Positions 33,291 to 50,936 are shown, counted from the first letter of the stretch. The stretch is DNA of 64,000 nt from Eledone cirrhosa (GCA_964016885.1 OZ024765.1:16306001-16370000), one strand, 5' to 3'. Made by a program: numbers and translations. Notes: generated by a model from the sequence alone, not told the origin.

Positions 33291-33343
33291 GTGTATATAT
33301 ATATATATATGTATATACATATATATATGTATATTTATATATA

Positions 33344-33423
<80 letters not shown>

Positions 33424-33741
33424 CACATGTATGTATGTATGTATATATGTATGTGTACTCTCCATTACAGTACACCATTGAAACAAAACATCGTTAACGC
33501 GCCACCAATCTCCGTGGTCTATCTGTGTAAGAAATTCTTTAGAATGATATTTAATTTCCTGTTCCAGCTTCAAAGGTATTCCTATATGGCCGTTAGTTTA
33601 CTGTTTTAACATTACTAACGCTTACTAGCCTCTGGCTTGATGGAATCTGTAGAGCGCCGACCGTTAACTAATATCAAGTTCTGTGCTCAAATTTCGCGGA
33701 TTTCCGCTTTGGATACTTTTCCCTACCACGGCCGAAATATT

Positions 33742-33840
33742 TAGGGTATATCAAAAGGAATGATCTAATTTGAAAAGACTATAGTTTTTAAAGAAATATA
33801 GCTTTTGAAATCGGTTGGTTCTCTTTGATAAACCCTGTAT
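33742..33840. mobile_element. Short Tc1/mariner-type MITE relic
   Basis: Imperfect TIR agggtatatcaaa / tttgataaaccct, ending in gta. Confidence 0.4.
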
Positions 33841-33924
33841 ATGAATCACTTTTGATGCCAAAACTCCTGAAATCGTGTATGGTGCAATGATACTGTGAAG
33901 TTTAACTTAAAGCCAATATACTTT

Positions 33925-34212
<288 letters not shown>

Positions 34213-34247
34213 TGCAATGTCAACTCTGGATGTATATGTATATATGC

Positions 34248-34319
<72 letters not shown>

Positions 34320-34321
34320 GC

Positions 34322-34369
<48 letters not shown>

Positions 34370-34376
34370 GCATATG

Positions 34377-34411
<35 letters not shown>

Positions 34412-34413
34412 GC

Positions 34414-34457
<44 letters not shown>

Positions 34458-34478
34458 ATATATATATATATATACATG

Positions 34479-34516
<38 letters not shown>

Positions 34517-34666
34517 TATATAGTGTTAGAAAGTAAGGGAACGCAAACAAGATATAGACAATTCCCATTTATCAGTTGTTTACTACGGGTCACGGATGTT
34601 TCAGTACATTATGGACAATGCACTTATCCGTAGCGCGCCCATAACTTATTGTCTACGTACTGAATC

Positions 34667-34697
<31 letters not shown>

Positions 34698-34995
34698 AAT
34701 ATATGTATATGTATATATATATATATGGATATGTGTATATATGTATATGTGTATATATATATATGGATATGTTATATATATATATATATAAACATATCCA
34801 TATATATATATATGTATATGTGTATATATATATATGGATATGTTTATATATATATATATAAACATATCCATATATATATATATATATGTATATGTGTATA
34901 TATATATATGGATATGTGTATATATATATATATATATATATGTATATGTGTATATATATATATGGATATGTATGTATGTGTATATATATATATGG

Positions 34996-35054
<59 letters not shown>

Positions 35055-35137
35055 TGTTATATATATTTATATATATAATAATAATATATATATAATAATA
35101 TATATATATGTGTGTGTGATTGTGTGTATATATGTAT

Positions 35138-35440
35138 TTTCTTCTGGTTTCATAATTTCACAAATGTTTGCCAATAGAAAGAGAGTCGGTTTCTAACATG
35201 GACACAAGACTCTCTCTTTGGAATTTACCAAACATCAACTAAGGGCATATGCATGCATGTCTGCATGCACGTGTGTGAAGGTATCGATGTTATTGTACGT
35301 GTGGATCTGAATGTTTTGAGTTATATGTGTGCATGTGTATATGCTTTGAATCTGTACAAGTGTATATGCAATTATTAGATGCAGAATATTTGGAATATTT
35401 TACATATTTTTACTGTTCCATTAATGGATTGTACTTGTAT
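35138..35440 (-). mobile_element. 3' end of the R4/Dong-like LINE (second copy)
   Basis: Reverse-complement homologue of about 42075-42375. Confidence 0.7.
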
Positions 35441-35461
35441 GTATATATATATGTATGTATG

Positions 35462-35494
<33 letters not shown>

Positions 35495-36732
35495 GTATAA
35501 TTGTACTTCTATGTAAAAATGTTGTCTAAGCTATGCTCTGTACACTAATATATTATTGAAAAAAAATATAGTTATATCCCTACAATTTTTTTATTATTTT
35601 CAAAATCGTATTTCATTAAAAAATATAGTGACTTCATTCACCAATGTAAGGAGGGTGTCTTTCATTATAGATATAGTAACCCCTTACACTAATGTAAGGG
35701 GGAGGTCTTTCATTAAAAATATGGTAACTCATACACCAATGCAAGGAGCGTGTCTTCATTATAAATATAGAAACCCATGATGAATTATTAAGTGTTGCCT
35801 GTGTGTCGTTTTATTCATGAAAAATTATATATTTTATGTGACGCAATGAGTATTGATTGGCAAATGACGTCAATAGCTTAACATTGTCGTAATTATAATA
35901 TCTAATTAAAAGTCCTACTAATGATTTCTTAATAATATTGACAATAAACACGAATTTCTATAGATTTATCACATATCCATGGTTGCGGCCAGAATTCTAG
36001 CATACTCCAAAGTACTCGACAAAACACAGATAATAACATGTACTCTCGGGTCCCAGATAATAGAGGAGATTGGAATAAATGTGGTAGGGATTGGACATTT
36101 GCATAAATTCTTATGAATGGGGTTGGATGATTGGCGACGAGGTTGGGAAATCGTTAATTGTATAGTGTGCACTCAAAAATAAGGTATTTCATGTAATGTT
36201 TGTTTTTTTTTAATGTAAAATAAAATTATTAAATTCTCCAGCTGCTGTATCGATATGTCGATACGAATCACTTACAAAAACTTTCGCCGGAAATAGATTA
36301 GCAAAATTGAATAGGTGGTGGTGTAATAAAAGCGGGAGTGGGTGAAGAAATAATCTGAAAATTTAAAAATCAATAAGTGAGGGTGAGGAATCGATTATCG
36401 AAGACCTGACAGTAGGATCTGTGAGTTTTAGGCAGTTAGGTATCAAAATGTTTAATGATTGTTCATGGAGATAGTGTGAACTATAAAAAAGCTGCAATTT
36501 CGATGATAGTTCAATATATAAACAACAGACACAGTCTTGTCTAATGCAGACTGTGGCCTGCGGCAGTGCAACACAGACAAATGTGTATTAAATTAGTCTC
36601 AGATGGACCGATACTTTACAAGTGGGATATATTTAATGTACAATACAGAAAGCCGTCACACGCACACACACAAACACACACACAAAACATGAACCAAAAG
36701 AAAACAGACGTTCACACAAACACATGCACATA

Positions 36733-36774
<42 letters not shown>

Positions 36775-36775
<1 letters not shown>

Positions 36776-36885
36776 CAAAGAGGGTGTGGTAAGATACCAA
36801 GTCGACCATAACGAACCAGAGTACTCAATATTATGGGTAGTAGCTGTCAAAACGGCCGGAGCTCAGCCGTCGGGATCCTGAGTCT

Positions 36886-36944
<59 letters not shown>

Positions 36945-37122
36945 CGAAAGAAATGTAGTAAGGAACCAGGTGGACCATAACGCACCAAAGTACTCAATAC
37001 TTAAGGTAGTAGAGTGGGTATTAGGAACGAGTAGGACCCCGACGGCTGAGCTCAAGCTAATTCTGGACTGAATTAGCCGTCGACACGGCTTGAGCTCAGC
37101 CGACGGGGTCCTACTCGTTCCT
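36775..37122 (-). mobile_element. Two family C elements separated by (TA)n
   Basis: 36775-36888 and 36942-37122; the second has ~35-bp inverted arms 37023-37057 and 37088-37122. Confidence 0.75.
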
Positions 37123-37155
37123 ATATATATATATATACATATACATACATTACAT

Positions 37156-37187
<32 letters not shown>

Positions 37188-37225
37188 TCGTATATATCTA
37201 ACTTATGTATATTTACATATATATG

Positions 37226-37271
<46 letters not shown>

Positions 37272-37335
37272 TACATACATACATAGATATAGATATAGAT
37301 ATATATTATATTATAGTATATTGTATTGTATTATA

Positions 37336-37513
37336 TGGCAGTATCGGTAGAGAGTCGGACACCATGCTTTGAAGCATAGAGTTACGTCCCTTTATGATCT
37401 GAGTTCAAATCCTGCCGAGGTTAACTTTGCTTTCATCCTTACGGGGTCGATAAAATAAAGTACCAGTAATGTACTGGTTAATTGCTGGCCTTTTGCCTAA
37501 AATAGAAACAATT

Positions 37514-37514
<1 letters not shown>
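37336..37514 (+). mobile_element. tRNA-derived SINE
   Basis: A box tggcagtatcgg, B box gagttcaaatcc, central ggggtcgataaaataaagtaccag. Confidence 0.85.
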
Positions 37515-37550
<36 letters not shown>

Positions 37551-37555
<5 letters not shown>

Positions 37556-37713
37556 AGTTATATTTAAATTGTTGGGTTAACAACGAGTAAATATTTATAA
37601 CTGATATAAAAGCACTCAACAAGTATTTGCAGTATATTTATGATATTAAATAAATGGAAACGAAACGAAATAAATATGGTTTTATAAATATAGTTTCCAT
37701 TTATTTAATATCA
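37551..37713. mobile_element. Family A truncated fold-back copy (reverse orientation, no HHR core)
   Basis: tgatattaaataaatggaaac / gtttccatttatttaatatca inverted arms. Confidence 0.7.
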
Positions 37714-38239
37714 TATATATATATATATATTTATATATATAAATTGCGAATTAAACTCTCAGTTTATGAAAATATGTTCCGCGAAAATCGTGTCACGTGG
37801 GGCGAAATTATTATATTACAATCACAAAAAATTCACTTGAGGATGAAGTGTTGCCTACGTATCTGCTACATTCTTATCAGACGATGACAACATGTTTCGT
37901 TCAAACTTGCTAGCTATAGCTAAAACTATACTGTATATGTATTATATCATAGCCTCTAGTCTTCTCCATTGTGTCTTTGAAACAATGAAACATGCGACAA
38001 TAATCAAAATCTATTGAAATAGATTGTTTACTGTCTTGAACAAAATATCTCCCACGCTCAAGCTAAAAATGGCGAACGGTAAAATTGCAATTTAATATGG
38101 CGTCGTCATTGTCACCGCTAAACTTGTTGTTTCGTTAATATCGTTCTATTGCGTTTCGATTTAACACTTTCTTCCTTACCTTCTCTCGTTTTCTTTTCTC
38201 CCAACCCATCTACACACATACAGACACACACGCACACAC

Positions 38240-40830
<2,591 letters not shown>

Positions 40831-40904
40831 TAATTTACACATCAACTAAGGAGATATGTCTGCATGTCTGCATGCATGTGTGTATATATATATATATGTA
40901 TATA

Positions 40905-40957
<53 letters not shown>

Positions 40958-41312
40958 GTGTGTGTATATGCATGTGTATGTCTGTATTGAAGATTCATTT
41001 TTAGCATCATATCTTTTTGCACACAGATGCTAATCAATGCACTGTTCGATTAGACGATTGATATATATATATATATATATATAGGTATACGTGTGTCAGA
41101 TTGTTTTACACTCACGTACATACATACATACATAGATTCATACATATATACATTCATTGACACACACACACACATAAATACATTCACACATACATACAAA
41201 CATAGATAGGCAGATATCTATACAGATAGATACATAAATACACACATACATACAAACGTAAAATACATACATACACATATATACATGCGCACATACATAC
41301 ACACATACATAC

Positions 41313-41367
<55 letters not shown>

Positions 41368-41440
41368 CGTAATTGAAAGAGTACTGATAGAGTGTTCCAG
41401 TAAAAACCCCAATAAAATGCAGGCATAACAGACCTGATAT

Positions 41441-41627
41441 AATTGTTTCTACGTTAGGCACAAGGCCAGCAAATCACCAGTGCATTACTGGTACTTTATT
41501 TTATCGACCTTGTAAGGATGAAAGGCAACGTCAACCTCGGCGTAAAGTCAACAGATCGTAAAGGGACGTAACTATGCTGGAAAGCATGGCGTCCGACCCT
41601 CTACTGATACTGCCAATCCACCGCCTA
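41441..41627 (-). mobile_element. tRNA-derived SINE with ~16-bp TSD
   Basis: acagacctgatataat and acagaccagatataat at the two ends. Confidence 0.85.
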
Positions 41628-41702
41628 TACAGACCAGATATAATGATATGGGTCAGGGAATAGAAGGCACGCACCGTAGTGGATGTTAGCAGCCCAGCTA
41701 TA

Positions 41703-41866
41703 TAATTGTTTCAACCCTGTGTATTACTGGTACTTTATTTTATCGACCCTGTAAGGATGAAAGGCCAAGTCAACCTCGGCGGATTTGAACTCACACCATA
41801 AAGGGCCGTAAATCTTTGCTGCAAAGCATGGCGTCCGACCCTCTGCCGATACTGCCAATCCACCGA
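41703..41866 (-). mobile_element. tRNA-derived SINE
   Basis: Same family, inserted in the REL coding relic. Confidence 0.85.
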
Positions 41867-42499
41867 GCAGATGCTAATATAATATCAAAGATTAGCGAAA
41901 AGGAGAATATTTATGCAGGACTAATGAGAAATCTGCAGATACTCTTCCCTGACTATACCTTCAGATTTATACATGTGATTATTGGAGCACTGGATATGTT
42001 AGTAACTGCCTCAGTACAAATCTTGAGAAGCTGGGCTTCAGAAGAACAGAAAGAACACAACTAGTTAGGAAATTACAAGTACAATCCATTAATGGAACAG
42101 TAAAAATATGTAAAACATTCCAAAAATTCTGCATCTTATAACTGCAAGTACACTTGTACAGATACAAAGCATATACACATGCACACATATAACTCAAAAC
42201 ATCCACATCCACACATACAATAAAATCCATACCTGCACACACACATATGCATGCAGACATGCAGACATATCTCCTTAGTTGATGTTGTGTAAATTACAAT
42301 GAGAGAGTCTTGTAGCTATGTTAGAAACCGACTCTCTCTCTATTGGGAAAAATGTATAAAATCATAAAACCAGAAGGTCATACATACATACTTACATACC
42401 TACACACACACATGCACACATACATACATACGTACATATATGATGGCTGCCCTCTCGTTATCGAGTAGGACCATTACAGGATATACCATTATTAATAAT

Positions 42500-42642
42500 T
42501 AAGGATGAAAGGCAAAGTGAACATCGGCGGGATCTGAGTTCAATCCCGCCGAGGTTGACTTTGCCTTTCATCTGCGTGGTGGTTAAAGTGCAGTAATGAA
42601 CTGGGTAATTGCTGGCCTTGTGCCTAAAGTAGAAACAATTAT
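42500..42642 (+). mobile_element. SINE fragment with 5' inversion
   Basis: gatgaaaggcaaagt...cggcgggat is inverted relative to atcccgccgaggttgactttgcctttcatc. Confidence 0.7.
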
Positions 42643-42783
42643 TAACAATTATCGCACAATTCCTATCGCACAATGCCTGTGCGGGAAGATTTTATAAAGT
42701 GTTGAAAGACTGCACTGAGTCTTTCTTCTTCCTGAGGTCGATGAATTAAGAACCAATCTCGAGACGTTGAATTGCCGGAAGTG

Positions 42784-42887
42784 TTAAAGATTGGAATATG
42801 AAGCCTGTGTGGGGCCTCTCGCGGCTCTGTATGTCCCGTATTGAAACCCAGTCTCGTTGTAGCCGTCCTTAAAACGGGAGATAGCAT
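42784..42887 (-). CDS. Possible terminal coding exon of an unknown host gene
   Basis: Acceptor-like ctttacattgcag followed by non-repetitive (D)AISRFKDGYNETGFQYGTYRAARGPTQASYSNL*; no recognised homology. Confidence 0.25.
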
Positions 42888-43129
42888 CTGCAATGTAAAG
42901 ACCAGTAGAGATATAATTCGTCCTTGGAACGATCCGGCGAAATTCCAACTCATATATCCACATACACAAACACACTCACATACACACGCACACACAGGCT
43001 ACACGCGTGGGTGTATGTATGTGTTGTGTATGTGTGAGTGTGTCTATGTATACATAAATGTTATGGTTATATTTCAATATTGATGGTGATACTCTTATCT
43101 CTAGGCTTGTGTCCCCTGCCACCGCTCAT

Positions 43130-43260
<131 letters not shown>

Positions 43261-43689
43261 CATGAATTGATGTATATATGTGTATTTATATATAATCTAG
43301 ATATATGTATATATAAACGTATCTTATTATTCTAAGGCCATATCTTATCGAGTGCTTTGCTAACTCATCATTTCATATAAGTAGGCCGGATTTACTTTGC
43401 AAACCGCCAGAGATTCGATTTTACTGATTTCCAATTATATGTATATATATATATATATATATATGTATTTATATATACGTCTCTCTCTATGTATATATGT
43501 ATGTATGTATATATATATATATATATATATATAGATATAGATAGGTAAATATACACGGGTGTGTATGATTGTGTATAGAAGATTATATTAATAAGAGGAA
43601 TTCCAACTTTGTCTGATTTACTCGTTTTATTTACAATCCTTTAACATATATATAATATGGTATTATAATGAAATAGTATGATAGAATAT

Positions 43690-44048
43690 TACATTCTAAG
43701 TGTTAATTGAACAAGTACTTTCATGCTTTCGCAATCTTCAGGTTCATGATATGTAGTGACAGTCGAGTTTGCAATTTTCATACAGGTAAGAATATTTTCG
43801 AAACAGCGAGTGGGTTTGAAATTATTAGAAATGTAAGCTATCGCCGTATTTTGACTAAAGAAATTAAAGAAATTATTTAGCCTGATAGTGGGGCTAAGAC
43901 CCCTCGGAGAGATGGAAAAAGATTGAGTATTGAGTACGTCAATACTCATCTTTTTCCATTTCTCCGAGGGTTCTTAACCCCACTATCAGGCTAAATAATT
44001 TCTTTAATTTCTTTAGTCAAAATACGGCGATAGCTTACATTTCTAATA
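43690..44048. mobile_element. Family E fold-back element
   Basis: ~110-bp inverted arms about 43823-43932 and 43938-44048; homologue at 8157-8318. Confidence 0.75.
43708..43746 (-). ncRNA. Minimal type I hammerhead ribozyme
   Basis: tgaac-CTGAAGA-t-tgc-gaaa-gca-t-GAAA-gtacTT-gttca; palindromic AAGTACTT. Confidence 0.65.
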
Positions 44049-44213
44049 TATATACAGATATTAACATACATATGTATGTATAACATGTTATGATCATGTA
44101 TAGAACGAAGCAGATATCAATAGCGATGATCAGTTTGATAAATATTCCATCTATATTCATTCAAATATTTTTACTGATGTAGTCTACAGTATACACACAC
44201 ACACACACACTCA

Positions 44214-44296
<83 letters not shown>

Positions 44297-44372
44297 ATAG
44301 TTATATATGTGTATATATATATACATATTTATATTTATATATATATATATATATTTATTAAAATATATATAC

Positions 44373-44459
<87 letters not shown>

Positions 44460-44557
44460 ATGTATAGTTATATATGTGTATATATATATACATATTTATA
44501 TTTATATATATATATTTATTAAAATATATATACATATATATATATAAATATATATAT

Positions 44558-44614
<57 letters not shown>

Positions 44615-44761
44615 ATAGTTATATATGTGTATATATATATACATATTTATATTTATTTATTAAAATATATATATATATGTACATATATATATATGCACAT
44701 ATATATATATAATTATATATATATATATATATATTCATATATATATATATATATATATATA

Positions 44762-44795
<34 letters not shown>

Positions 44796-44876
44796 TATAT
44801 ATATATATATATATATATTCATATATATATATATATATATATATATTCATATATATATTTATATATATATAAATAT

Positions 44877-44953
<77 letters not shown>

Positions 44954-44956
<3 letters not shown>

Positions 44957-45138
44957 TAGCAGAATGACCCGGCGTTGTACAGATATTTTTGCATACACAA
45001 TAACAAAATATAAACAAAAGTATACCCACCATGCCAAGGCCTAGGTATTCATACTTCTCTGTAATGTTTCAGAAAGGAGGGATAAACATGCCAATCTATG
45101 TTTAGAATCCCGAGCAACGCCGGGTCATTCTGCTAGTA
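44954..45138. mobile_element. 185-bp element with perfect 24-bp inverted ends resembling Helitron-type 5' termini
   Basis: tactagcagaatgacccggcgttg / caacgccgggtcattctgctagta. Confidence 0.6.
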
Positions 45139-45494
45139 TATATTAAAATAACAGATTAAAGTTTAAGCAGAGAATCGCTGCTTTCACCCTTAACGGGATC
45201 TTCTGAAATTAAAAAAATCAATCTGTGAACGCAGAAGTAAATATTTCGAAAAACGTTACACACACACACACTATATATATATATATATACACACATATAT
45301 AGCGTCATAATATCGTAATGCAGACAGCCAGACATACAGACAGGTATTATAAGGGCGCAACGTTATATGTATGTATCTATCTAAAAGAAAGACTAAGAAT
45401 TATATAGAGAGATCGCAAAATCGCCTAATGAGGTCCCTAGAACATTGACAATTTGAAATATGCTTTGCTCAAAACACTCACAAGACCATAAGTA

Positions 45495-45585
45495 TTAGAT
45501 GTGTAAAGTTTGAAAACAATCGGTTGGGTGTTTCTCGAGTTTTAGGGAATCAGACAGTCAGACATACTCTGTTTTAGATATATAA
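45495..45585 (+). mobile_element. Helitron/Helentron-like non-autonomous 3' end
   Basis: aaagtttgaaaacaatcggttggg...cagacagtcagaca...ttttagatatata pattern, recognised from memory. Confidence 0.4.
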
Positions 45586-45886
45586 ATACTTATTTATTTA
45601 GGTTGGTTGATTCTCCACTGGATAGAACTGGTCATTCCGTTTGGTCAACCCCGATGTAATATTATGGAGAGTACTCGACGTAATGTAACTTACCCGTCTT
45701 CGTTTGTGATGTTGGTGGTGCGAGTACGGACTTAATAATTATAACATATTTTATAATATATATATGTATATACATACATATATATATATATACATATATA
45801 TATATATGTATATATATATATTGTTATACTTTGGGAGGGTCATGTTGCTAAATTCAGAAACGAAATATATATATATATATATATAT

Positions 45887-46068
45887 CTGTTTCTATATTT
45901 GGCACAAGGTCAGCAATTATACCAATGTATTACTGGTACTTTATTTTATCGACCCCGTAAGGATGAAAGGCAAAGTTAACCTCGGCGGGATTTGAACTCA
46001 GTCCGTAAAGAGACGTAACTGTGCTCCAAAGCATGGCGTCCGACGCTCTACCGATACTGCCAATCCGC
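45887..46068 (-). mobile_element. tRNA-derived SINE
   Basis: Same family motifs. Confidence 0.85.
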
Positions 46069-46311
46069 CAGTGAGAGAATGTGCTCCGAATCATTAGACG
46101 TGTCCGTCGAACCTGCGCGTCCAGAATCAGACAGATCCACACAATGATCGCGTCTCGAGCTGTCCACCGGCGAAACAATTGTAAATCACAGTAATTGAGT
46201 TCATAGATACATCACTGATTTTTCGTTTTATATTATATCATACTCTGCTCTGTAAGAGCATAGAGTGCTCAACAGGCATACCGCCTATGGAAGCATCTTA
46301 GCTAACATCAG

Positions 46312-46368
<57 letters not shown>

Positions 46369-46568
46369 NNNNNNNNNNNNNNNNNNNNNNNNNNNNNNNN
46401 NNNNNNNNNNNNNNNNNNNNNNNNNNNNNNNNNNNNNNNNNNNNNNNNNNNNNNNNNNNNNNNNNNNNNNNNNNNNNNNNNNNNNNNNNNNNNNNNNNNN
46501 NNNNNNNNNNNNNNNNNNNNNNNNNNNNNNNNNNNNNNNNNNNNNNNNNNNNNNNNNNNNNNNNNNNN
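46369..46568. other. Assembly gap (200 N)
   Basis: Run of N. Confidence 1.
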
Positions 46569-46632
<64 letters not shown>

Positions 46633-46649
46633 TTATACATATACATATA

Positions 46650-46683
<34 letters not shown>

Positions 46684-46837
46684 ATGAAATACTGCTGCTT
46701 CACGCTTACAATAATTTCTAGACTTTCATTTATATATATATATATATAACGGAAAAATTTGAACAGGGACAAAACAGAGAGGCAGTACAATAAATGTTTA
46801 TTAATTTCACGCTCAGGAGAGAGGGGTGTAGGTGGGG

Positions 46838-46870
46838 GACGACGTTTCGGGCATAAGCCCTTCCTCAGGT
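46838..46870 (-). ncRNA. HHR core of family F (46750-46900), weak stem I
   Basis: CTGAGGA-a-gggc-ttat-gccc-GAAACGTC; homologue at 53095-53128(+) CTGAAGA-agggcttatgcac-GAAACGTC. Confidence 0.5.
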
Positions 46871-47067
46871 GAGAAGTGTGTGGGAACAGAGTTCAAAAGG
46901 TGTGTAGGTGAGTGGTGGAGAGACATATTGCGAAAGGAAACGGTGCGAATGAAAAAATAACAAATAAAGATAAAAATAAAGCATGATAAAAATACAAGGA
47001 ATGAGATAAATTTAAAAATATACGGAAAAAAACAAGTACGGTAACAAAATCAAACAGAGGTAATGCG

Positions 47068-47098
<31 letters not shown>

Positions 47099-47109
47099 GT
47101 TTATATATA

Positions 47110-47563
47110 AAGGGCAAAGGAGCTCTTAAGAGTCAATGGCCATCCAAAATCACCGGGAGGGATGACCCCTTAGCCTTTGTCAGGGCAGAATTCTAGAAGA
47201 AGGAAAACTCTGATATAACACCTGCAACCCTGATGGTATCCAATCATGTTGACTTTTTCTTCTTTTTGGTAAATATCATCTTGGTTAAGAGAGTGGGACT
47301 GGCTTTGTGCAGTACCTTTGCTCACTATAAAAGCTTCACGGCACAGGCATTGCTTTATATCTGGAGATCTCTCTGCACTTGTCATCACATGGTACCATGG
47401 GCCCAGCACTATGTGTCAATAATTGTCACAAGTGTAGTGTTTGTACCAGAGTTTTCAAGTCCCTGGCTGAACTAAAAAGTCACACTTGTTCAGCCCATCG
47501 GTAGGGGTTCTCCTACATGGATATAAAGTAGTGGCCGTACTCGAAAACGAGTTGGCAGCCACC
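47110..47563 (+). mobile_element. ~455-bp dispersed repeat (second copy 54689-55143), possibly RTE 5'-region derived
   Basis: Two highly similar copies with shared ends next to (TA)n; ctagaagaaggaaaactctg motif. Confidence 0.7.
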
Positions 47564-47860
47564 ATATATATATATATATTATATATATATATATGTCGGT
47601 ATACAAATACGTGTGTGTGTGTGCAAAGTACAATCTTGGCGCGCGTCACAGTATCTTCCATCGCGTGTGCATACATATATACTCGCACACAGACAGATGC
47701 ACACATGTGTATATATATACATATATATATATAGTGTATGTGTATGTGGTGTGCAGCACTTGTAAGATTGAGTTTTTCCTGTTCTATATCCGCCGAGAAG
47801 AATCCCGTTATGGCATTAATAAAGAAAACAGGAACGTTGATACACCTTACACCATATCCT

Positions 47861-47937
<77 letters not shown>

Positions 47938-48021
47938 CTATATGTATAGGCACACGCACTCACACATATATATATAAATATATATATATACATTATACAT
48001 ATATACACACACATACATGTA

Positions 48022-48052
<31 letters not shown>

Positions 48053-48063
48053 GTATATGCGTG

Positions 48064-48103
<40 letters not shown>

Positions 48104-48114
48104 CACGCATATAC

Positions 48115-48218
<104 letters not shown>

Positions 48219-48283
48219 GTGTGTGTATATATATATTTATATATATATATACATGTGTGTGTGTATATATATAGACACAAACA

Positions 48284-48343
<60 letters not shown>

Positions 48344-48548
48344 TGGTCTCTAAATTATTTCAACGCAATAAAATAGATCAGTAGTTTACTTGTCATCTTC
48401 CATATTTTTTTCCATACCCCCCCCCCCTCTATCTCTCCCTCTCTCTATGTACTTATATGTATAACTCGCTTTCTATCTCTCCATCTCTATATATTTCACT
48501 CTACCTATCTCTCTCTTTCTCTCTAACTATCTACCTATATACATTTCA

Positions 48549-48594
<46 letters not shown>

Positions 48595-48602
<8 letters not shown>

Positions 48603-50300
48603 CTCTCTGTCAACCTCAGTGTCTCACACACACACACTCTCTCTCCCTATCTATCTATCTCTTTCTATATATATATATATATGTCTCTCCGTCAATCTCA
48701 GTGTCTCACACACACTCTCTCTCTCTCCCTATCTATCTCTCTCTCTCTCTATATATATATGTCTCTCTGTCAATCTCAGTGTCTCACACACACTCTCTCT
48801 CTCTCTATATATATATGTCTCTCTGTCAACCTCAGTGTCTCACACACTCTCTCTCTCTCCCTATCTATCTATCTCTTTCTATATATATATATATATGTCT
48901 CTCTGTCAACCTCAGTGTCTCACACACTCTCTCTCTCTCCCTATCTATCTATCTCTTTCTATATATATATATATATGTCTCTCTGTCAACCTCAGTGTCT
49001 CACACACTCTCTCTCTCTCCCTATCTATCTATCTCTCTCTCTCTCTATATATATATGTCTCTCTGTCAATCTCAGTGTCTCACACACACTCTCTCTCTCT
49101 CTATATATATATGTCTCTCTGTCAACCTCAGTGTCTCACACACTCTCTCTCTCTCCCTATCTATCTATCTCTTTCTATATATATATATATATGTCTCTCT
49201 GTCAATCTCAGTGTCTCACACACTCTCTCTCTCTCTCCCTATCTATCTCTCTCTCTCTATATATATATATATGTCTCTCTGTCAATCTCAGTGTCTCACA
49301 CACTCTCTCTCTCACTCTATCTACCTGTCTCTCTCTCTCCCTCTATATATATATTTCTGTCAATCTCAGTGTCTCACACTCACTCTCTCCCTCTCTGTAT
49401 ATCTCTCTGTCAATCTCAGTGTCTCACACTCTCACTCTATCTCCCTATCTCTATATATTTCTATATCCCCCCCCCCCCCTCTATCTACCTATATGTATGA
49501 TTTTCTTTCTATCTTAATGCCTCACACTCTCTCTATATTACTATCTCTCTAGCTCTCCCTCTCTCTCCAACCCTTAACTATCTCTCTCTATACCACTCTA
49601 CAGTGCTCTCTCTCCCTAAACTGTTCTTTTCTTTCACCTCGAAAACCTACTTTTTTTTACTTATCTCTCGCTCTCTCTCTCTCTCTCTATCTTACTATCT
49701 CTCTAGCTCTCCCTCTATCTCTAACCCTTAACTAGCTCTCTCTATACCACTCTACAGTGCTCTCTCTCCCTAAACTGTTCTTTTCTTTCACCACGAAAAA
49801 CTACTTTTTTTTTACTTATCTCTCGCTCTCTCTCTCTCTCTATCTTACTATCTCTCTAGCTCTCCCTCTCTCTCTAACCCTTAACTAGCTCTCTCTATAC
49901 CATTCTACAGTGCTCTCTCTCCCTAAACTGTTCTCCTTTTCTTTCACCTCGAAAACCTACTTTTTTTTACTTATCTCTCGCTCTCTCTCTCTCTCTATCT
50001 ATCTTACTATCTCTCTAGCTCTCCCTCTCTCTCTAACCCTTAACTAGCTCTCTCTATACCACTCTACAGTGCTCTCTCCCCCTAAACTGTTCTCCTTTTA
50101 TTTCACCTCGAAAACCTACTTTTTCTTACTTATCTCTCGCTCTCTCTATATATATATTACTATCTCTCTAGCTCTCCCTCTCTCTCCAACCCTTAACTAT
50201 CTCTCTCTATACCACTCTACAGTGCTCTCTCTCCCTAAACTGTTCTCCTTTTCTTTCACCTCGAAAACCAACTTTTTTTTTACTTATATCTCTCTCTCTC
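48595..50300. repeat. CT-rich minisatellites (~60-bp unit to 49440, ~150-bp unit 49530-50300)
   Basis: gtcaatctcagtgtctcac and ccactctacagtgctctctctccctaaactg recur. Confidence 0.9.
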
Positions 50301-50856
50301 TATCCTACATATCTATGTCTCACCCACCTTATACTAACTACATCTCTGCTATATTTCCCCCTCACTCAATCTATCTTACTCTTTTATAGCATATCTCTTC
50401 CATTTCATCCGCCATTCATTACCTATTTCTCTCTCTCTCTATATATATATATATACACATATATATATATATATATATATATTTATAAATATATATATAT
50501 CCATATATAAACATGTATACATATATATTTATGTATATATACATATAAACACACACACATGAATATATATATAAACATATATATTTATGTATTTATACAT
50601 ATAAACACAGACACACACACGCACACACACATATATATATATATATACACATACATAAATATGTGCTTCTACATATATATATATATAATATATATAGTTA
50701 TGTATATATACATATAAGGACATGTATAGATATAAACATATATATGTGTGTATATATACATATTATCACACACACACACCACACACCACATAAATCCCCA
50801 CACACACATAATATATATATATGTAGAAGCACATATTTATGTATATATACATATAA

Positions 50857-50936
<80 letters not shown>

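Larger units (their letters stand above)
41372..42378 (+). pseudogene. R4/Dong-like non-LTR retrotransposon 3' relic (REL endonuclease) interrupted by two SINEs
   Basis: KTPIKCRHNRPDI, IW...VVDVSSPA, DANIISKISEKENIYAGLMRNLQILFPDYTFRFIHVIIGAL, ...KLQVQSINGTVKICKTFQKF; PD..(D/E)..K REL signature. Confidence 0.75.
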
